Notes: generated by a model from the letters alone, not told the origin. A DNA stretch of 64,000 bases from Gemmatimonadota bacterium (GCA_038128265.1 JAYPJE010000003.1:56704-120703), one strand, 5' to 3'. Counted from the first letter of the stretch, positions 10,304-20,818 are shown. Made by a program: numbers and translations.

Positions 10304-11086
10304 CTACTTCAGCACTTCGCGCGCCCTATCGGCCATCTCGGCCATGCCAAACTGCAGCATGCGCACGGCCGCACCGAAGCCGCCAAACTGCATGCCGCGC
10401 TGGTGCAATTTCTCCAACATACTCGTTCCAACAAAGTGACTGCCGGCGATTTTGCCGTGTTTCCGACAGGCCTCGACGAGGCGCTCTGCCACCGCCAGGA
10501 CGCGCGGGTGCTCTACCTGTCCCGGCACACCCAGCGCCGTGCTCAAATCGCCAGGCCCCATATAGAGCATGTCGACGCCTGGCACGGCGGCCATATCTTC
10601 CAGGCAATTGACCGCCGCCTCCGTCTCTATTTGCACAATAGTCAGCAGGTGCTCGTTGGCATCCCGCATATAGCCGGCCAAATCTTCTGGTGCAGCAAAC
10701 TCGTTGTGCGGACGCGCAAAATGGGCCCCGCGCTGGCCCAGCGGCGGGTATTTCGAGTACTCTACGGCGCGTTCGACGTCGGCCACAGTGTTGGCCATCG
10801 GCACCATAACCCCTTCGGCCCCCGCGTCGAGCGCGCGCATAATCTCTCCCCGATCTGGACCGGACACGCGCACCAGCGGACACACGCCCCAGCGCTTACC
10901 GGCATCGATCTGTTGGGCGATGTCCAGTGGATTCCAATAACCGTGTTCGTTATCCACCAACAAAAAATCAAAGTGCGCCTGCTGTAGAAAGCGCGCCAAA
11001 GCGGGCGTGCGCAGTTCTACGACAAACGTACCCATGGCAAAATGGCCCTCTTTGATGCGCTCGCGCATCGCGGCTGCTAGTTGCAT
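10304..11086 (-). CDS. HpcH/HpaI-family aldolase (2-keto-3-deoxy-sugar-acid / 2,4-dihydroxyhept-2-enedioate aldolase-like)
   Basis: 260 aa. The N-terminus GTFVVELRTPALARFLQQAHFDFLLVDNEHG and length are typical of the family. Confidence 0.8.
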   Translation of the reverse strand: MQLAAAMRERIKEGHFAMGTFVVELRTPALARFLQQAHFDFLLVDNEHGYWNPLDIAQQIDAGKRWGVCPLVRVSGPDRGEIMRALDAGAEGVMVPMANTVADVERAVEYSKYPPLGQRGAHFARPHNEFAAPEDLAGYMRDANEHLLTIVQIETEAAVNCLEDMAAVPGVDMLYMGPGDLSTALGVPGQVEHPRVLAVAERLVEACRKHGKIAGSHFVGTSMLEKLHQRGMQFGGFGAAVRMLQFGMAEMADRAREVLK

Positions 11087-11145
11087 AATTCCCCCTTCGC
11101 AGTTTGTGCTTTACTATTCTACACGTCGCTTTTATTATAGCGCCT

Positions 11146-11907
11146 ATGGCTCGTCTAAACCCATGGCGTCGACCCCTCTTCTGCCTCGCACTGTGCCTAT
11201 TTGCAAACGCGGCGACTGCAGTGACAACCTATCGGGGCAGTGCGAACTACCTGACGGTCTGGAGCACCAACATTCGCTTTCCCACCTTCAGCAAAGAATT
11301 CAGCGAAGGGGCCGGCACCATACGAGTAGGCGGTGCCAAACAGCTCTTTCTCGATTCCGACAGCCAGTCGGTCGGCCTGCGCCTCACGCGCGAGTATATT
11401 CGCCCCAACGGTTCCGGTCTCGGTTTCTCCATATCGGCCTGGCGCGGCTCGTTTGCCGACGAGGCCTTCCTCTACGATAGAGAAGGCATCAATCGCTTTA
11501 TCGCCGAGTATAGAAATCCCAAGCATACCTATCTCTTTGCCGACCTACACTTTGCGCTGGTACCGTGGGAATCGGGCTCCCGGGCGCTGGGCATATACAG
11601 CCTGTTCAGCCTGGTAGGGGACCGCGAGGAATACCGCATTGAACGCTATGCGCTGCGCGGCACCGATCCAACCCGCAGAGATCTCAGCGAAGCGGAGCGC
11701 AGCCGCAGCGACCTGCGCTTTGGCTTTGGCTTTGGCACGCGACTGCATTTGGCTAAGCGCGCCGCCCTATGGCTGGAAAAGCGCTGGATCGTCGGCGAGC
11801 GCTTTGGCGTCGGCCAGACCCTAGGCGAGGGCGGCCTATTCGAAGGTGGACGCCAAAAGACGCTCTACGTCCCCTTTAACTCATTCGGTTTTTCACTGGC
11901 GTTCTAA
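11146..11907 (+). CDS. Hypothetical secreted protein, probable small outer-membrane beta-barrel
   Basis: Start moved to the ATG at 11146, giving MARLNPWRRPLFCLALCLFANAATA as a signal peptide. Alternating hydrophobic pattern and C-terminal ...FGFSLAF ending in Phe. No family recognised. Confidence 0.5.
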   Translation: MARLNPWRRPLFCLALCLFANAATAVTTYRGSANYLTVWSTNIRFPTFSKEFSEGAGTIRVGGAKQLFLDSDSQSVGLRLTREYIRPNGSGLGFSISAWRGSFADEAFLYDREGINRFIAEYRNPKHTYLFADLHFALVPWESGSRALGIYSLFSLVGDREEYRIERYALRGTDPTRRDLSEAERSRSDLRFGFGFGTRLHLAKRAALWLEKRWIVGERFGVGQTLGEGGLFEGGRQKTLYVPFNSFGFSLAF

Positions 11908-12409
11908 CCCATTCAGCCAAGTCCGACCACGGCTTATCGCTCCAAAAGCCCCGCGCCGCGCCCGACGTAGAAGGCAGGGCAAAAATCCGCGTCTCGGCAA
12001 TGGTCTCCGGCTGCAGCCCGTATTCAACCGGTCGCTGCAAGAACAGCGAAGCCGCGCGCTTGCCGTTGAACGCCAGCGCACGCGGTGTCCATCGCTCTAT
12101 TTTCCCACGCAGCAGCGGGGCATCGTAATCAGCGGGACGCAGCGCCGCATCGGCGCCGGAAACTCGCTTGGCCAAATCGGTCAGGCCAATGCCATAGCGC
12201 AGTACGTCATCATAGGCCCTCGCATCCAACACGGAGGGCAGCAGTCCAATAGCCTGGAGCGTAGGCCAGAAACGGTTGCCCGGACCTGCGTAGTAGGCCC
12301 TTGCCTGGGCCGAATGGGTGCCGGCTGCCGAGCCGCAAAAGACCACGTCCAATCCCACCTGCAATACATCGGGCAGCGCATCAACCGCGTGAACAGATCG
12401 CTCAGCCAT
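11876..12409 (-). CDS. mug: G/U mismatch-specific DNA glycosylase (Mug/TDG, UDG family 2)
   Basis: 177 aa, collinear with E. coli Mug: VVFCGS..., GNRFW, GLTDL and LPSTSG. The 3' end overlaps the convergent ORF by 32 nt. Confidence 0.75.
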   Translation of the reverse strand: MAERSVHAVDALPDVLQVGLDVVFCGSAAGTHSAQARAYYAGPGNRFWPTLQAIGLLPSVLDARAYDDVLRYGIGLTDLAKRVSGADAALRPADYDAPLLRGKIERWTPRALAFNGKRAASLFLQRPVEYGLQPETIAETRIFALPSTSGAARGFWSDKPWSDLAEWVRTPVKNRMS

Positions 12410-12711
12410 ATGGCCCGCGTGCCGATCGACTGCGTATGTCCCATCTCGCCGTGCTGTATTTCATATTGCCTGGCGCCGCGCGCAAATGCGAGTTCCCAAA
12501 CGGGGTGAAAAAATATAGCCAAAGTAAATGGGGGAGCCCACCGCTAGGCCGACCGCATTACCGGCCAACCAAGTAGACTAAACACAAAGAGCTGCCGAAC
12601 CTCCGGACAGCACGCCCAATACCCCTTCGCCCTCGCACCCTATACTGCGTATATTTGCCCCGTTTTTCAACGGAATTTAACACGCACTGCAATTGGTTAG
12701 GAGCATGCCAT

Positions 12712-13926
12712 ATGGACACAGTACATCTTGCCTGTATTGGCCTAGGGGGACGCGGGACGGGCTTGGCCAACCTAGTCGCCAGCATGGACGACGTCCGCGT
12801 CGTCGCCGTATGCGACGGGTACGCCGACCGCGTCGAACGCGCCGTTCAGCGCATCGAAGAGGCGCACGGATACCGTCCGGAGGGCTATACCGACTATCGC
12901 CCGTTACTCGATCGCCAAGACGTGGACGGAGCAATCGTCGCCACGAGTTGGACTACCCACGTAGAGGTCTCGCTCGCCGCGCTACGCGCAGGGCTCTACG
13001 TGGGAACAGAAGTTGGCGGCGCCTCCTCCCTACAGGAGTGCTGGGAGCTCGTGCGCACGAGTGAGGAAACCGGCATGCCTTTTATGCTGCTGGAAAATTG
13101 CTGCTACGGGCGCGAAGAAATGGCCGTGCTCAACATGGTCAAGAAGGGACTCTTTGGCGAGTTGATTCACTGCCAGTGCGGCTACGAACACGACCTGCGC
13201 TCCGAGATCACGCGCGGCGGAGAAAACCGACATTACCGGCTCAACAACTTTACCTACCGCAACGGCGATCTCTACCCTACGCACGGACTCGGTCCCATCG
13301 CCAAAATGCTCGACATCAACAAGGGAAATCGCTTTGTCTCACTGGTATCGATGAGTTCTAAGGCACGCGGTCTCCATCAATACGCAGTCGATCAACTCGG
13401 TTCCGAACACGCCCAATTCGACACGGTCTTCAATCAGGGCGACATCACGACCACGATGATAAAGTGCGCCAACGGCGAGACCGTATTGCTAACGCACGAC
13501 TGCTCGCTGCCGCGACCCTATTCGCGCGCCCAGCGCGTGCAGGGCACCAAGGGGCTGTGGATGGAGGACAAGAATGCGCTGCACTTTGACGGCGACGGCG
13601 AAAACTGGGTGCCAATGGATGCCTTTTTCGAGGAACACGAACACCCCGTATGGAAAGACTTTATGGCCGGCGGTATCAAGGGCGGACACGGCGGCATGGA
13701 CTGGCTCGTTCAGCGCGCTTTTATCGAAGCAATAAAAGCACGCCGGCAAACGCCCATCGACGTCTACGACTCGGTGGCCTGGATGGCCGTCACCGCGCTG
13801 TCGGAAGACTCCATCGCCTGCGGCAGCCAGCCGCAGCCCTTTCCCGATTTCACCAACGGCAAGTGGATTCGCAACCGCCCCGACCCCGATCACTATTGGA
13901 CATTAGATGGCATCTACTGCCCATAG
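12712..13926 (+). CDS. Gfo/Idh/MocA-family oxidoreductase, GH109-like, no signal peptide
   Basis: Start set to the ATG at 12712, with AGGAG 8 nt upstream. Rossmann motif ACIGLGGRG. Length and C-terminal region resemble GH109-type NAD-dependent enzymes. Confidence 0.75.
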   Translation: MDTVHLACIGLGGRGTGLANLVASMDDVRVVAVCDGYADRVERAVQRIEEAHGYRPEGYTDYRPLLDRQDVDGAIVATSWTTHVEVSLAALRAGLYVGTEVGGASSLQECWELVRTSEETGMPFMLLENCCYGREEMAVLNMVKKGLFGELIHCQCGYEHDLRSEITRGGENRHYRLNNFTYRNGDLYPTHGLGPIAKMLDINKGNRFVSLVSMSSKARGLHQYAVDQLGSEHAQFDTVFNQGDITTTMIKCANGETVLLTHDCSLPRPYSRAQRVQGTKGLWMEDKNALHFDGDGENWVPMDAFFEEHEHPVWKDFMAGGIKGGHGGMDWLVQRAFIEAIKARRQTPIDVYDSVAWMAVTALSEDSIACGSQPQPFPDFTNGKWIRNRPDPDHYWTLDGIYCP

Positions 13927-14153
13927 GCTCGGCTTATGCCACGCCTAACCGCCCGTCGCATTCCCTATACTGCCCGCGGCACGGCGCGCCGCGGGGCAAA
14001 ATATAAAAAACTTAAGATACTGTTTTTTCTTGATATACAAGACATATATTGACGAGTACGACAACCCCATTTTTTCTCGTTGACTTTTCGCCAGCAGGCC
14101 TTCTAATTCAAAAAAGGCGAACTTCTACACACCACGAATTAGGAGGATGTACC

Positions 14154-14423
14154 ATGCCCGCTGCCAAAAAGAGCAGGGTTAATTTCGTTCTTCACGCCCC
14201 CGGTGCGCGCGAAGTGTATCTCGCCGGGACTTTCAATGGTTGGGATCCACAGTCGCGGCCCTTGCGCTGCGATAAAAAGGGCAATTGGCGCACTTGGATG
14301 AATCTGCCCACCGGCCCGCACGAGTATCGCTTTATTGTCAACGGCGACTGGCAGGAAGATCCGCAGGCCGACGAGCGCGCGGTAAATCCCTACGGGGCTT
14401 TCAACTCGGTGGTTCAGGTCTAA
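14154..14423 (+). CDS. Stand-alone CBM48/AMPK-beta-type glycogen-binding domain protein
   Basis: Start set to the ATG at 14154, with AGGAGG at 14141-14146. The 89-aa product VNFVLHAPGAREVYLAGTFNGWDP...GPHEYRFIVNGDW..DP matches the CBM48 fold signature. Confidence 0.7.
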   Translation: MPAAKKSRVNFVLHAPGAREVYLAGTFNGWDPQSRPLRCDKKGNWRTWMNLPTGPHEYRFIVNGDWQEDPQADERAVNPYGAFNSVVQV

Positions 14424-14462
14424 ATGGCGCCCCTCGCCTGGAGCCGCGCTCCAGGCGGGGAT

Positions 14463-14864
14463 TCAATCGGGCGTCCATACCTGCACGGCGCCGTCGCTGT
14501 CTTCCAATACGAGGTTGTCTCCCTGCCACCGCCAGCGCACTCGGCGCTCGCCTGCCGCGCCGAAGTATGCACCGCGCAGCACCAATTCTTCCTCCTCTAA
14601 AGACCACGTGCCCGGAAAACTGCGCTGGCCGTTGCCTTCCAAGAAAAGCGTCATGGCCAATACACCGTCTGCTTCGAGGCGCATGTGGACGCGAACGGGT
14701 CCCAGCACTTCGTCAACTCCTTCTGTGACCCACGTGCCCAATAGTGCTGCTTCCGGTCCCTCTTCTCCGATCGGCGCCACGCCCTTTTCTTCACCACAGC
14801 CCCATAGCACAGCGAGCAATAACGGCAATGTCCACGAACGGCCTATCCCGCTATACGCCCTCAC
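14463..14864 (-). CDS. Hypothetical lipoprotein
   Basis: The ORF track gives 14463-14942. I prefer the GTG at 14864, which yields ...GRSWTLPLLLAVLWGC with a lipobox-like cysteine and reduces overlap with the upstream ORF. No family recognised. Confidence 0.4.
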   Translation of the reverse strand: MRAYSGIGRSWTLPLLLAVLWGCGEEKGVAPIGEEGPEAALLGTWVTEGVDEVLGPVRVHMRLEADGVLAMTLFLEGNGQRSFPGTWSLEEEELVLRGAYFGAAGERRVRWRWQGDNLVLEDSDGAVQVWTPD

Positions 14865-15111
14865 CAGTGCCTCCCATGCCCACTGCTTGGGCGCGCACGG
14901 CCGCCGCGATAACCTCTTCGCGCAGATCGTCTGGAAGCCCATCGAATTCTATTTGGAGCGCGTCATCCGGCAGCGTCGCACGTGCGGCAACCCAGCCGCT
15001 ATCCTGCTTTTCCCAGTGCAAAATACTCGATCCCGTGCGCGAATAAAATGCGCTTTCATCGCGGCAATCTCGGTACAGTTTCATATGCTCTCCCGCCTCC
15101 TCAATAGACAT
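14851..15111 (-). CDS. Hypothetical protein (86 aa)
   Basis: ATG-initiated ORF lying co-directionally upstream of the lipoprotein ORF. No motif recognised, so coding status is uncertain. Confidence 0.3.
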   Translation of the reverse strand: MSIEEAGEHMKLYRDCRDESAFYSRTGSSILHWEKQDSGWVAARATLPDDALQIEFDGLPDDLREEVIAAAVRAQAVGMGGTGEGV

Positions 15112-15248
15112 ATTAAACGGCTTGACGGCCTTCCCAAGATAGCCCTGTGCGCGCGGAGAAACAACCGAGCGTCGGTTGCTTTATACCCTCCAGATCGTAC
15201 TTTATGGACCGGCGCGCATAACCTGCACTACCTCTATCAGGAGTCGCT

Positions 15249-16916
15249 ATGTCCATCTCCACCACACGGCACGCCGGCCCCCTAAGCGAAGCACTGCAGC
15301 AGGCGTTGGACGACGTCCGGCAGCGCGATATCGTCGCGCGCATTGCCGCGCGCGACCACGCGGTATGGCGGCCCACTGCGGATGAAATTTCCAACCGCTT
15401 AGGCTGGCTCGACTGCCCGCACAACATGGTCGACAGCCTGGGCGAAATCCGCCGCGTCGTGAGCGCGGTGCGCGCCGATGGCCTGCGCCACGTCCTGCTC
15501 TTGGGCATGGGCGGATCGAGCCTCGCTCCAGAAGTATTCCGCCAGGTGCTCGGTGTAGCCGATCGCTACCTCGACCTCGAAGTGCTCGACAGCACGCACC
15601 CAGAATCTGTATTAGCCAAAGCCAACACCTTAGATCCCAGCCGCACTCTGTACGTTCCAGCCACTAAGTCGGGAGGGACGGTAGAGACTCTTTCGTTTCT
15701 CAAATTTTTCTACAGGCGCGTTGTCCATGCGCTGGGTTCGGAGCAGGCCGGGCGCCACTTTGTCGCCATAACCGACCCGGGGAGTGGACTAGCCGATACG
15801 GCGCATGCGCTGGGCTTTCGCCACACTTTTCTCAACGATCCCGATATCGGCGGACGCTATTCGGCGCTATCGCACTTCGGCCTAGTACCAGCCGCCCTGC
15901 TCGGCATCGATTTAGACGACTTCCTCGAACGCGCCCGATTGGCTAGCGAACAAACCCATCCCGCCGTCGAGCTAGGCGCCTTTATGGGCGCAGGGGCGGC
16001 ACAGGGACGCGACAAACTGACGCTGATCGCCTCACCGCCCCTTGCACCCGTAGGCGCCTGGGTAGAGCAACTCATAGCCGAGAGCACGGGTAAAGAGGGC
16101 AAGGGTATTGTCCCCATAGAGGGCGAGGTGCTTCTCGAGCCGTCGGCCTACGGCAGCGACCGGCTCTTTGTCTACCTGCGCTGTGACGACGCGCTCGACG
16201 CTCACGCCGACGCGCTCATAGCCGCAGGCCAGCCTCTGCTGCGCATGGACCTCGACGATCTGCTCGACCTCGGCGCAGCGTTTTACCACTGGGAGTTGGC
16301 CACAGCCATCGCCGGCCATCTGTTAGATATCCATCCTTTCGACCAGCCAGACGTGGAAGCGGCCAAAGTATTGGCTCGAGACATGGTACAAACCTTTCAA
16401 CAGCGCGGCGCACTGCCGAGCGAACCGCCCATCGCCGTCGATGGCTCGCTCCGCGCCTTTGGCAGCGAGCCGGCCGCATCGCCCCGAGAAGCCCTCCACC
16501 ACCTGCTGGCACAGAGTCAACCCAACCGCTCCTATATCGCCCTGCAGGCGTACCTGGCTCCCACTGAAGAAGTCGGTGCACTCCTGGCCACCCTGCGCCG
16601 CACCCTGCAAGCCGCCAGCGGTCTGGCCACGACGCTGGGCTTCGGTCCGCGCTTCCTGCATTCAACCGGCCAACTGCACAAGGGCGATGCCGGCCACGGA
16701 CTGTTCTTGCAGCTCACGGCAACCGAGACGGCCGACGCCCCGATTCCCGACGCGGCCGACGGCGATACTTCCAGTCTTGGCTTCGGCGTTTTAATCGCCG
16801 CACAGGCCCAGGGAGATGCCGGCGCACTGCGCAAAACCGGTCGCCGCGTTCTGCGCATCGACTTAGGGCCCGATGCAGCAGCTGGATTGCGCGCCCTCAT
16901 CTCTCAATTAGACTGA
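15249..16916 (+). CDS. pgi: Glucose-6-phosphate isomerase (type related to the PGI half of bifunctional transaldolase/PGI)
   Basis: 555 aa. SIS-domain motif [15 protein letters not shown]-terminal ...DHAVWRP...NRLGWLD typical of this PGI subtype, and adjacency to gnd. Confidence 0.8.
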   Translation: MSISTTRHAGPLSEALQQALDDVRQRDIVARIAARDHAVWRPTADEISNRLGWLDCPHNMVDSLGEIRRVVSAVRADGLRHVLLLGMGGSSLAPEVFRQVLGVADRYLDLEVLDSTHPESVLAKANTLDPSRTLYVPATKSGGTVETLSFLKFFYRRVVHALGSEQAGRHFVAITDPGSGLADTAHALGFRHTFLNDPDIGGRYSALSHFGLVPAALLGIDLDDFLERARLASEQTHPAVELGAFMGAGAAQGRDKLTLIASPPLAPVGAWVEQLIAESTGKEGKGIVPIEGEVLLEPSAYGSDRLFVYLRCDDALDAHADALIAAGQPLLRMDLDDLLDLGAAFYHWELATAIAGHLLDIHPFDQPDVEAAKVLARDMVQTFQQRGALPSEPPIAVDGSLRAFGSEPAASPREALHHLLAQSQPNRSYIALQAYLAPTEEVGALLATLRRTLQAASGLATTLGFGPRFLHSTGQLHKGDAGHGLFLQLTATETADAPIPDAADGDTSSLGFGVLIAAQAQGDAGALRKTGRRVLRIDLGPDAAAGLRALISQLD

Positions 16917-16950
16917 ATGCGAACCCCATCCTAACGAAAGCGAACACAGC

Positions 16951-18408
16951 ATGAGCCAAGCAGACATCGGCCTTATTGGACTCGCGGTCATGGGCGAAAA
17001 CCTCGTCCTCAACATGGCCAGCCACTCCATTCGCGTGGCCGTATACAACCGGACAACTGCGCGCGTAGACTCCTTTATAGCCGGGCGGGCCCAGGGCCAT
17101 CCCATCGTCGGCGCCCACTCTCCCGAAGAACTTGTCGCGCTGCTCAAAAAGCCGCGCCGCATTATGCTAATGGTGCAGGCCGGCTCTGCCGTAGATCGCG
17201 TCATAGAACAGCTGCTTCCCCTGCTCGACCCCGGCGATATACTTATCGACGGCGGCAACTCCAACTATCAGGACACCGTGCGCCGCACTGGTGAGCTGAC
17301 GGCAAAGGGAATCCTCTACATTGGCACGGGCGTTTCCGGCGGCGAGGAAGGCGCGCTCAAAGGCCCGAGTATTATGCCCGGCGGCAACCCGCAAGCGTGG
17401 CCCCACGTCAGAGATATTTTTCAGGCAATCGCCGCTAAAGTCGAAGACGGCAGCCCCTGCTGCGAATGGGTAGGCGACGACGGGGCCGGCCACTACGTAA
17501 AGATGATCCACAACGGCATCGAGTACGGCGATATGCAGATGATTTGCGAGGCATACGACGTCATGCGCCAGGTGTTGGGCATGCAGCCAGCAGAGATGGC
17601 CAGCGTCTTTGCCGAGTGGAATCGGGGCGAACTCGACAGCTACCTTATTGAAATCACAGCCGAGATTCTCGCCAAGACCGATGACGAAAACGGCCAGCCC
17701 ATGATCGACCTCATACTCGATGCGGCCGGCCAAAAGGGCACGGGCAAATGGACTGGTATCGACGCGCTGCAGCTAGGCGCCGTAGCAACCGCGATCACCG
17801 AGGCCGTGTATGCGCGCAGCCTATCGGCCCTTAAAGAAGAGCGCGTGGCCGCATCGGCGGTCTTGCAGGGTCCGCCGCCAGCGCCCTTCAGCGGCGATCG
17901 CAGCGCTTTTATAGAGGACGTGCGCCGCGCCCTCTATGCTTCGAAAATCTGCTCTTACGCGCAGGGGTTTCAGCTGCTGCGCATGGCAGCAGAAGAATAC
18001 GATTGGCAGCTCAACTTTGGCAGCATCGCGCTGATGTGGCGCGGCGGATGCATTATTCGCGCTCAATTTCTCGGACGCATCAAAGAGGCCTTTGACGCCG
18101 ATCCGCAGCTGGCCAATTTACTGCTCGCGCCCTACTTCCAGCAGGCCATCGCTCAATCGCAGGCGTCGTGGCGCCGCGTCGTGGCGAAGGCCGTCGAATG
18201 CGGCGTGCCAGTGCCGGCCTTTAGCAGCGCGCTGGCCTATTTTGACGGCTATCGCTCGGCCCAGCTGCCCGCTAATCTGCTCCAGGCCCAGCGCGACTAC
18301 TTCGGCGCCCACACCTATGAGCGCGTAGACAAGCCGCGCGGTGAGTTTTTTCACACCAACTGGACGGGGCGCGGCGGCGATACCGCTTCAACAGCCTATA
18401 ACGCATGA
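16951..18408 (+). CDS. gnd: 6-phosphogluconate dehydrogenase, decarboxylating
   Basis: 485 aa. Motifs [13 protein letters not shown] and [22 protein letters not shown], full-length match. Confidence 0.95.
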   Translation: MSQADIGLIGLAVMGENLVLNMASHSIRVAVYNRTTARVDSFIAGRAQGHPIVGAHSPEELVALLKKPRRIMLMVQAGSAVDRVIEQLLPLLDPGDILIDGGNSNYQDTVRRTGELTAKGILYIGTGVSGGEEGALKGPSIMPGGNPQAWPHVRDIFQAIAAKVEDGSPCCEWVGDDGAGHYVKMIHNGIEYGDMQMICEAYDVMRQVLGMQPAEMASVFAEWNRGELDSYLIEITAEILAKTDDENGQPMIDLILDAAGQKGTGKWTGIDALQLGAVATAITEAVYARSLSALKEERVAASAVLQGPPPAPFSGDRSAFIEDVRRALYASKICSYAQGFQLLRMAAEEYDWQLNFGSIALMWRGGCIIRAQFLGRIKEAFDADPQLANLLLAPYFQQAIAQSQASWRRVVAKAVECGVPVPAFSSALAYFDGYRSAQLPANLLQAQRDYFGAHTYERVDKPRGEFFHTNWTGRGGDTASTAYNA

Positions 18409-18453
18409 TGTAGTTAGCCTACTGGCCGCTTTAGCGCACGACTCGAGCATCTG

Positions 18454-19869
18454 CTAGAGGGGCCAGTGCACGCCGCGCTGCCCCGACAGATCCTTTGCAT
18501 AGAGCGGCGCCGTCTTTTCGGCCGGCATGCCGACGAGCGCTCCGTCTGCCACCCATGCGCGATCTTCGCCGCGCAGCTGCTCTGCGAGTAGCCCCTCCAT
18601 ATGACGGCGGCGATCGCCGTGTTCGTCCTTTGCCGACAGGTCGACCAACTCCTCTGGATCTTCCTCCAGGTCAAATAGCTGCACCGAGTTGCCCATTGGA
18701 TAGTAGATAAGCTTAAATCGGCCAGCGTGCAGCATGCGCGTGGCGCGCGCACCCCGTCCGACCTCTCCGTATAAATAGTCGCGGCGCGTTCCCGACAGCA
18801 TACAGCGTCCCTGCACGCTGTCGGGAACCGATAGGCCGGCTAGGTGCAGCAAGGTTGGCAACACGTCCTGCCAACCGACGAGCCGATCGTCAACGCAGTC
18901 GCTCCCTACTTCTTCGCCCGCGCCTGCGCCGACTAAAAGCATCGGAATCCGAGCAGACTCTTCGTAGTAGAGTCTCTTTGCCCACAGCCCGTGCTTGCCC
19001 AGCATATCCCCGTGATCCGATGTAAAGAGCAAAATCGTGTCATCGAGGACTCCCTGCTCGCGCAGCGTGCCAATAATCACCCGTAGCTGATGGTCGATAT
19101 GGGTACTCAACGCATAGAACGCGCGGCGGGCGGCGCGAACGGCATAGTCACTAAAGCCCTCGCCCAAGTGCCGGCGGGCACGCAGCGCCAGCGGCACGCA
19201 CTCCGGATCTTCTGCCCACTCCCCCACGCTCGGCGTAGGCACCGGCAGTTCTCGATACATATTCCAGTAGAAATCGAGCGGAACAAGCGGCGGATGAGGG
19301 TGAGTATAGGAGGCGTACCACAGCGACGGGCGCGTAGGATCGCGGCGTTGAATGGTGCGCACGATCTGCCGCGTTATCCAGTTTGTCACGTGCGTTTCCT
19401 CTGGAAGATGCCAGGTGCGGTGGACGTATTCATTGTTGCCCATTCCGTGCAAAAACTGTGCGCCGGCATATCCTCTCTCGGCCAAATAGGCTTCGTAGTC
19501 GTCGACTACGCCCCGCTTAACGCGGCCCTCCTCACATAAGATGACGTCGTCAAAACCCAGGCGACTGCGCTGCGGCGAGGTGTGCAATTTGCCCACGGCA
19601 TAGCTCTGGTAACCGCCTGCGCGAAACGCGTCTGCCAGCAGCGTCGCATCACATTGATCGGGAACGGCCGTAGGTGCCCTGCCCGTCATCAGCGCTCGGC
19701 GCGCCGGCACGCAGAGCGGCGCTTCGCTATAGGCGCGCACAAAGCGCCGGCCACTGCGCGCTAGCGCATCGAGCGTCGGCGTTTGCACGCACGGATGGCC
19801 CTCAACGCCGAGCATATGCCCCGGCCAATGATCGGTGGTAATAAGCAAGATATTCGGTTTTTGTCGCAC
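18454..19869 (-). CDS. Sulfatase (formylglycine-type, arylsulfatase A family), no signal peptide visible
   Basis: 471 aa. N-terminus PNILLITTDHW, C-x-P-x-R motif CVPARRALMTGR, and SDHGD. Confidence 0.88.
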   Translation of the reverse strand: MRQKPNILLITTDHWPGHMLGVEGHPCVQTPTLDALARSGRRFVRAYSEAPLCVPARRALMTGRAPTAVPDQCDATLLADAFRAGGYQSYAVGKLHTSPQRSRLGFDDVILCEEGRVKRGVVDDYEAYLAERGYAGAQFLHGMGNNEYVHRTWHLPEETHVTNWITRQIVRTIQRRDPTRPSLWYASYTHPHPPLVPLDFYWNMYRELPVPTPSVGEWAEDPECVPLALRARRHLGEGFSDYAVRAARRAFYALSTHIDHQLRVIIGTLREQGVLDDTILLFTSDHGDMLGKHGLWAKRLYYEESARIPMLLVGAGAGEEVGSDCVDDRLVGWQDVLPTLLHLAGLSVPDSVQGRCMLSGTRRDYLYGEVGRGARATRMLHAGRFKLIYYPMGNSVQLFDLEEDPEELVDLSAKDEHGDRRRHMEGLLAEQLRGEDRAWVADGALVGMPAEKTAPLYAKDLSGQRGVHWPL

Positions 19870-19875
19870 GTTTCC

Positions 19876-20769
19876 TCAGACTTTCTTACCTGCAAGCTGT
19901 TGCTGTATCAGCTCAATAAATGCCGCGGCAGCCGCTGAGCGCCTGCGGTGACGGCGCTCTATTATTCCGACTTGGCCTGTGCTCAATCCATCGACCTGGA
20001 CGGCACGCAGCGATCCCCGTTCTACCTCAGCTTCCACGGCCACCTGCGGGACGATCGCCACACCAAGGCCAATCTCGACAAAGCGCTTGAGGACTTCAAT
20101 GCTGCCCAACTCCATGGCGATCTGCGGATGCAACTCGCGCGCGGAGAGGGCATCATCGAGCAGCTGACGGCTCGTACTGCCGCGCTGCAGGACAAGTATA
20201 GGGTGCTCTATAAGCGCATCAAGGCGAACGCGCTTGCGCACACCCAATGGATGGTCCGGTCGACAAACCAACACTTCTTTGCGCTGAAAGAGCACGTCCT
20301 CGCACACATCGCGATGGCGCACAGGGAGCGTAACTAGGCCAATGTCAATTTCGTCGGCTGCAACCAAGCTAGCAATATCGAGCGACATGCGATTGCGAAT
20401 ATCCAACTCGACGCCCGGATGGCGCTGGCGATACTCTTCGAGCACGCGGGGCAATATGTAGGTGCAGTTGGTGTCACTCGTTCCGATCACCAAACGCCCG
20501 CGCAGCGCCTCGCGCAGCGCGGCTATTTCGCTGCGCGCGTCATCGAGGTGAACAAAAATTTGCCGCACGTGGTCGTAAAGCACTTCGCCAGCTGCCGTCA
20601 GGGAAATTTCCCGCCGCTTGCGGTTGAATAGCACTTCGCCCAATTCTCCTTCAAGCGCCTTTATCTGCAAGCTAATGGCCGGCTGTGTGAGATATAATTT
20701 ATCGGCGGCGCGCGTAAAGCTCCGCTCTCGAGCAATCTCGTAAAAACCGCGCAGCTGATACAGATCCAT
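19876..20769 (-). CDS. LysR-family transcriptional regulator
   Basis: Start set to the ATG at 20769 (MDLYQLRGFYEIARERSFTRAADKLYLTQPAISLQIKALE, the wHTH). Lies 6 nt upstream of the sulfatase gene on the same strand. Confidence 0.9.
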   Translation of the reverse strand: MDLYQLRGFYEIARERSFTRAADKLYLTQPAISLQIKALEGELGEVLFNRKRREISLTAAGEVLYDHVRQIFVHLDDARSEIAALREALRGRLVIGTSDTNCTYILPRVLEEYRQRHPGVELDIRNRMSLDIASLVAADEIDIGLVTLPVRHRDVCEDVLFQRKEVLVCRPDHPLGVRKRVRLDALIEHPILVLQRGSTSRQLLDDALSARELHPQIAMELGSIEVLKRFVEIGLGVAIVPQVAVEAEVERGSLRAVQVDGLSTGQVGIIERRHRRRSAAAAAFIELIQQQLAGKKV

Positions 20770-20790
20770 AAGGGCCACCTCATTTATACG

Positions 20791-20818
20791 ATTTATAATA
20801 ATGCTAACTATAATAAAT
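20791..20818. promoter_or_regulatory. Near-perfect AT-rich inverted repeat, candidate LysR-type (T-N11-A-like) operator
   Basis: ATTTATAATA-N8-TATAATAAAT (9 of 10 positions complementary), 22 nt upstream of the LysR start in the LysR/crcB divergent region. Confidence 0.3.

Noticed and set aside
11876-11907. 32-nt convergent overlap between the putative outer-membrane protein ORF and mug.
   Set aside because: Convergent 3' overlaps of this size are common in compact GC-rich genomes. No frameshift or fusion signal was seen.
13973-13995. GC-rich hairpin CCCGCGGC-ACGGCGC-GCCGCGGG after the GH109-like gene, considered as a terminator.
   Set aside because: No U-tract follows on either strand, so it is not reported as an intrinsic terminator. 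It may still be an RNA-stability element.
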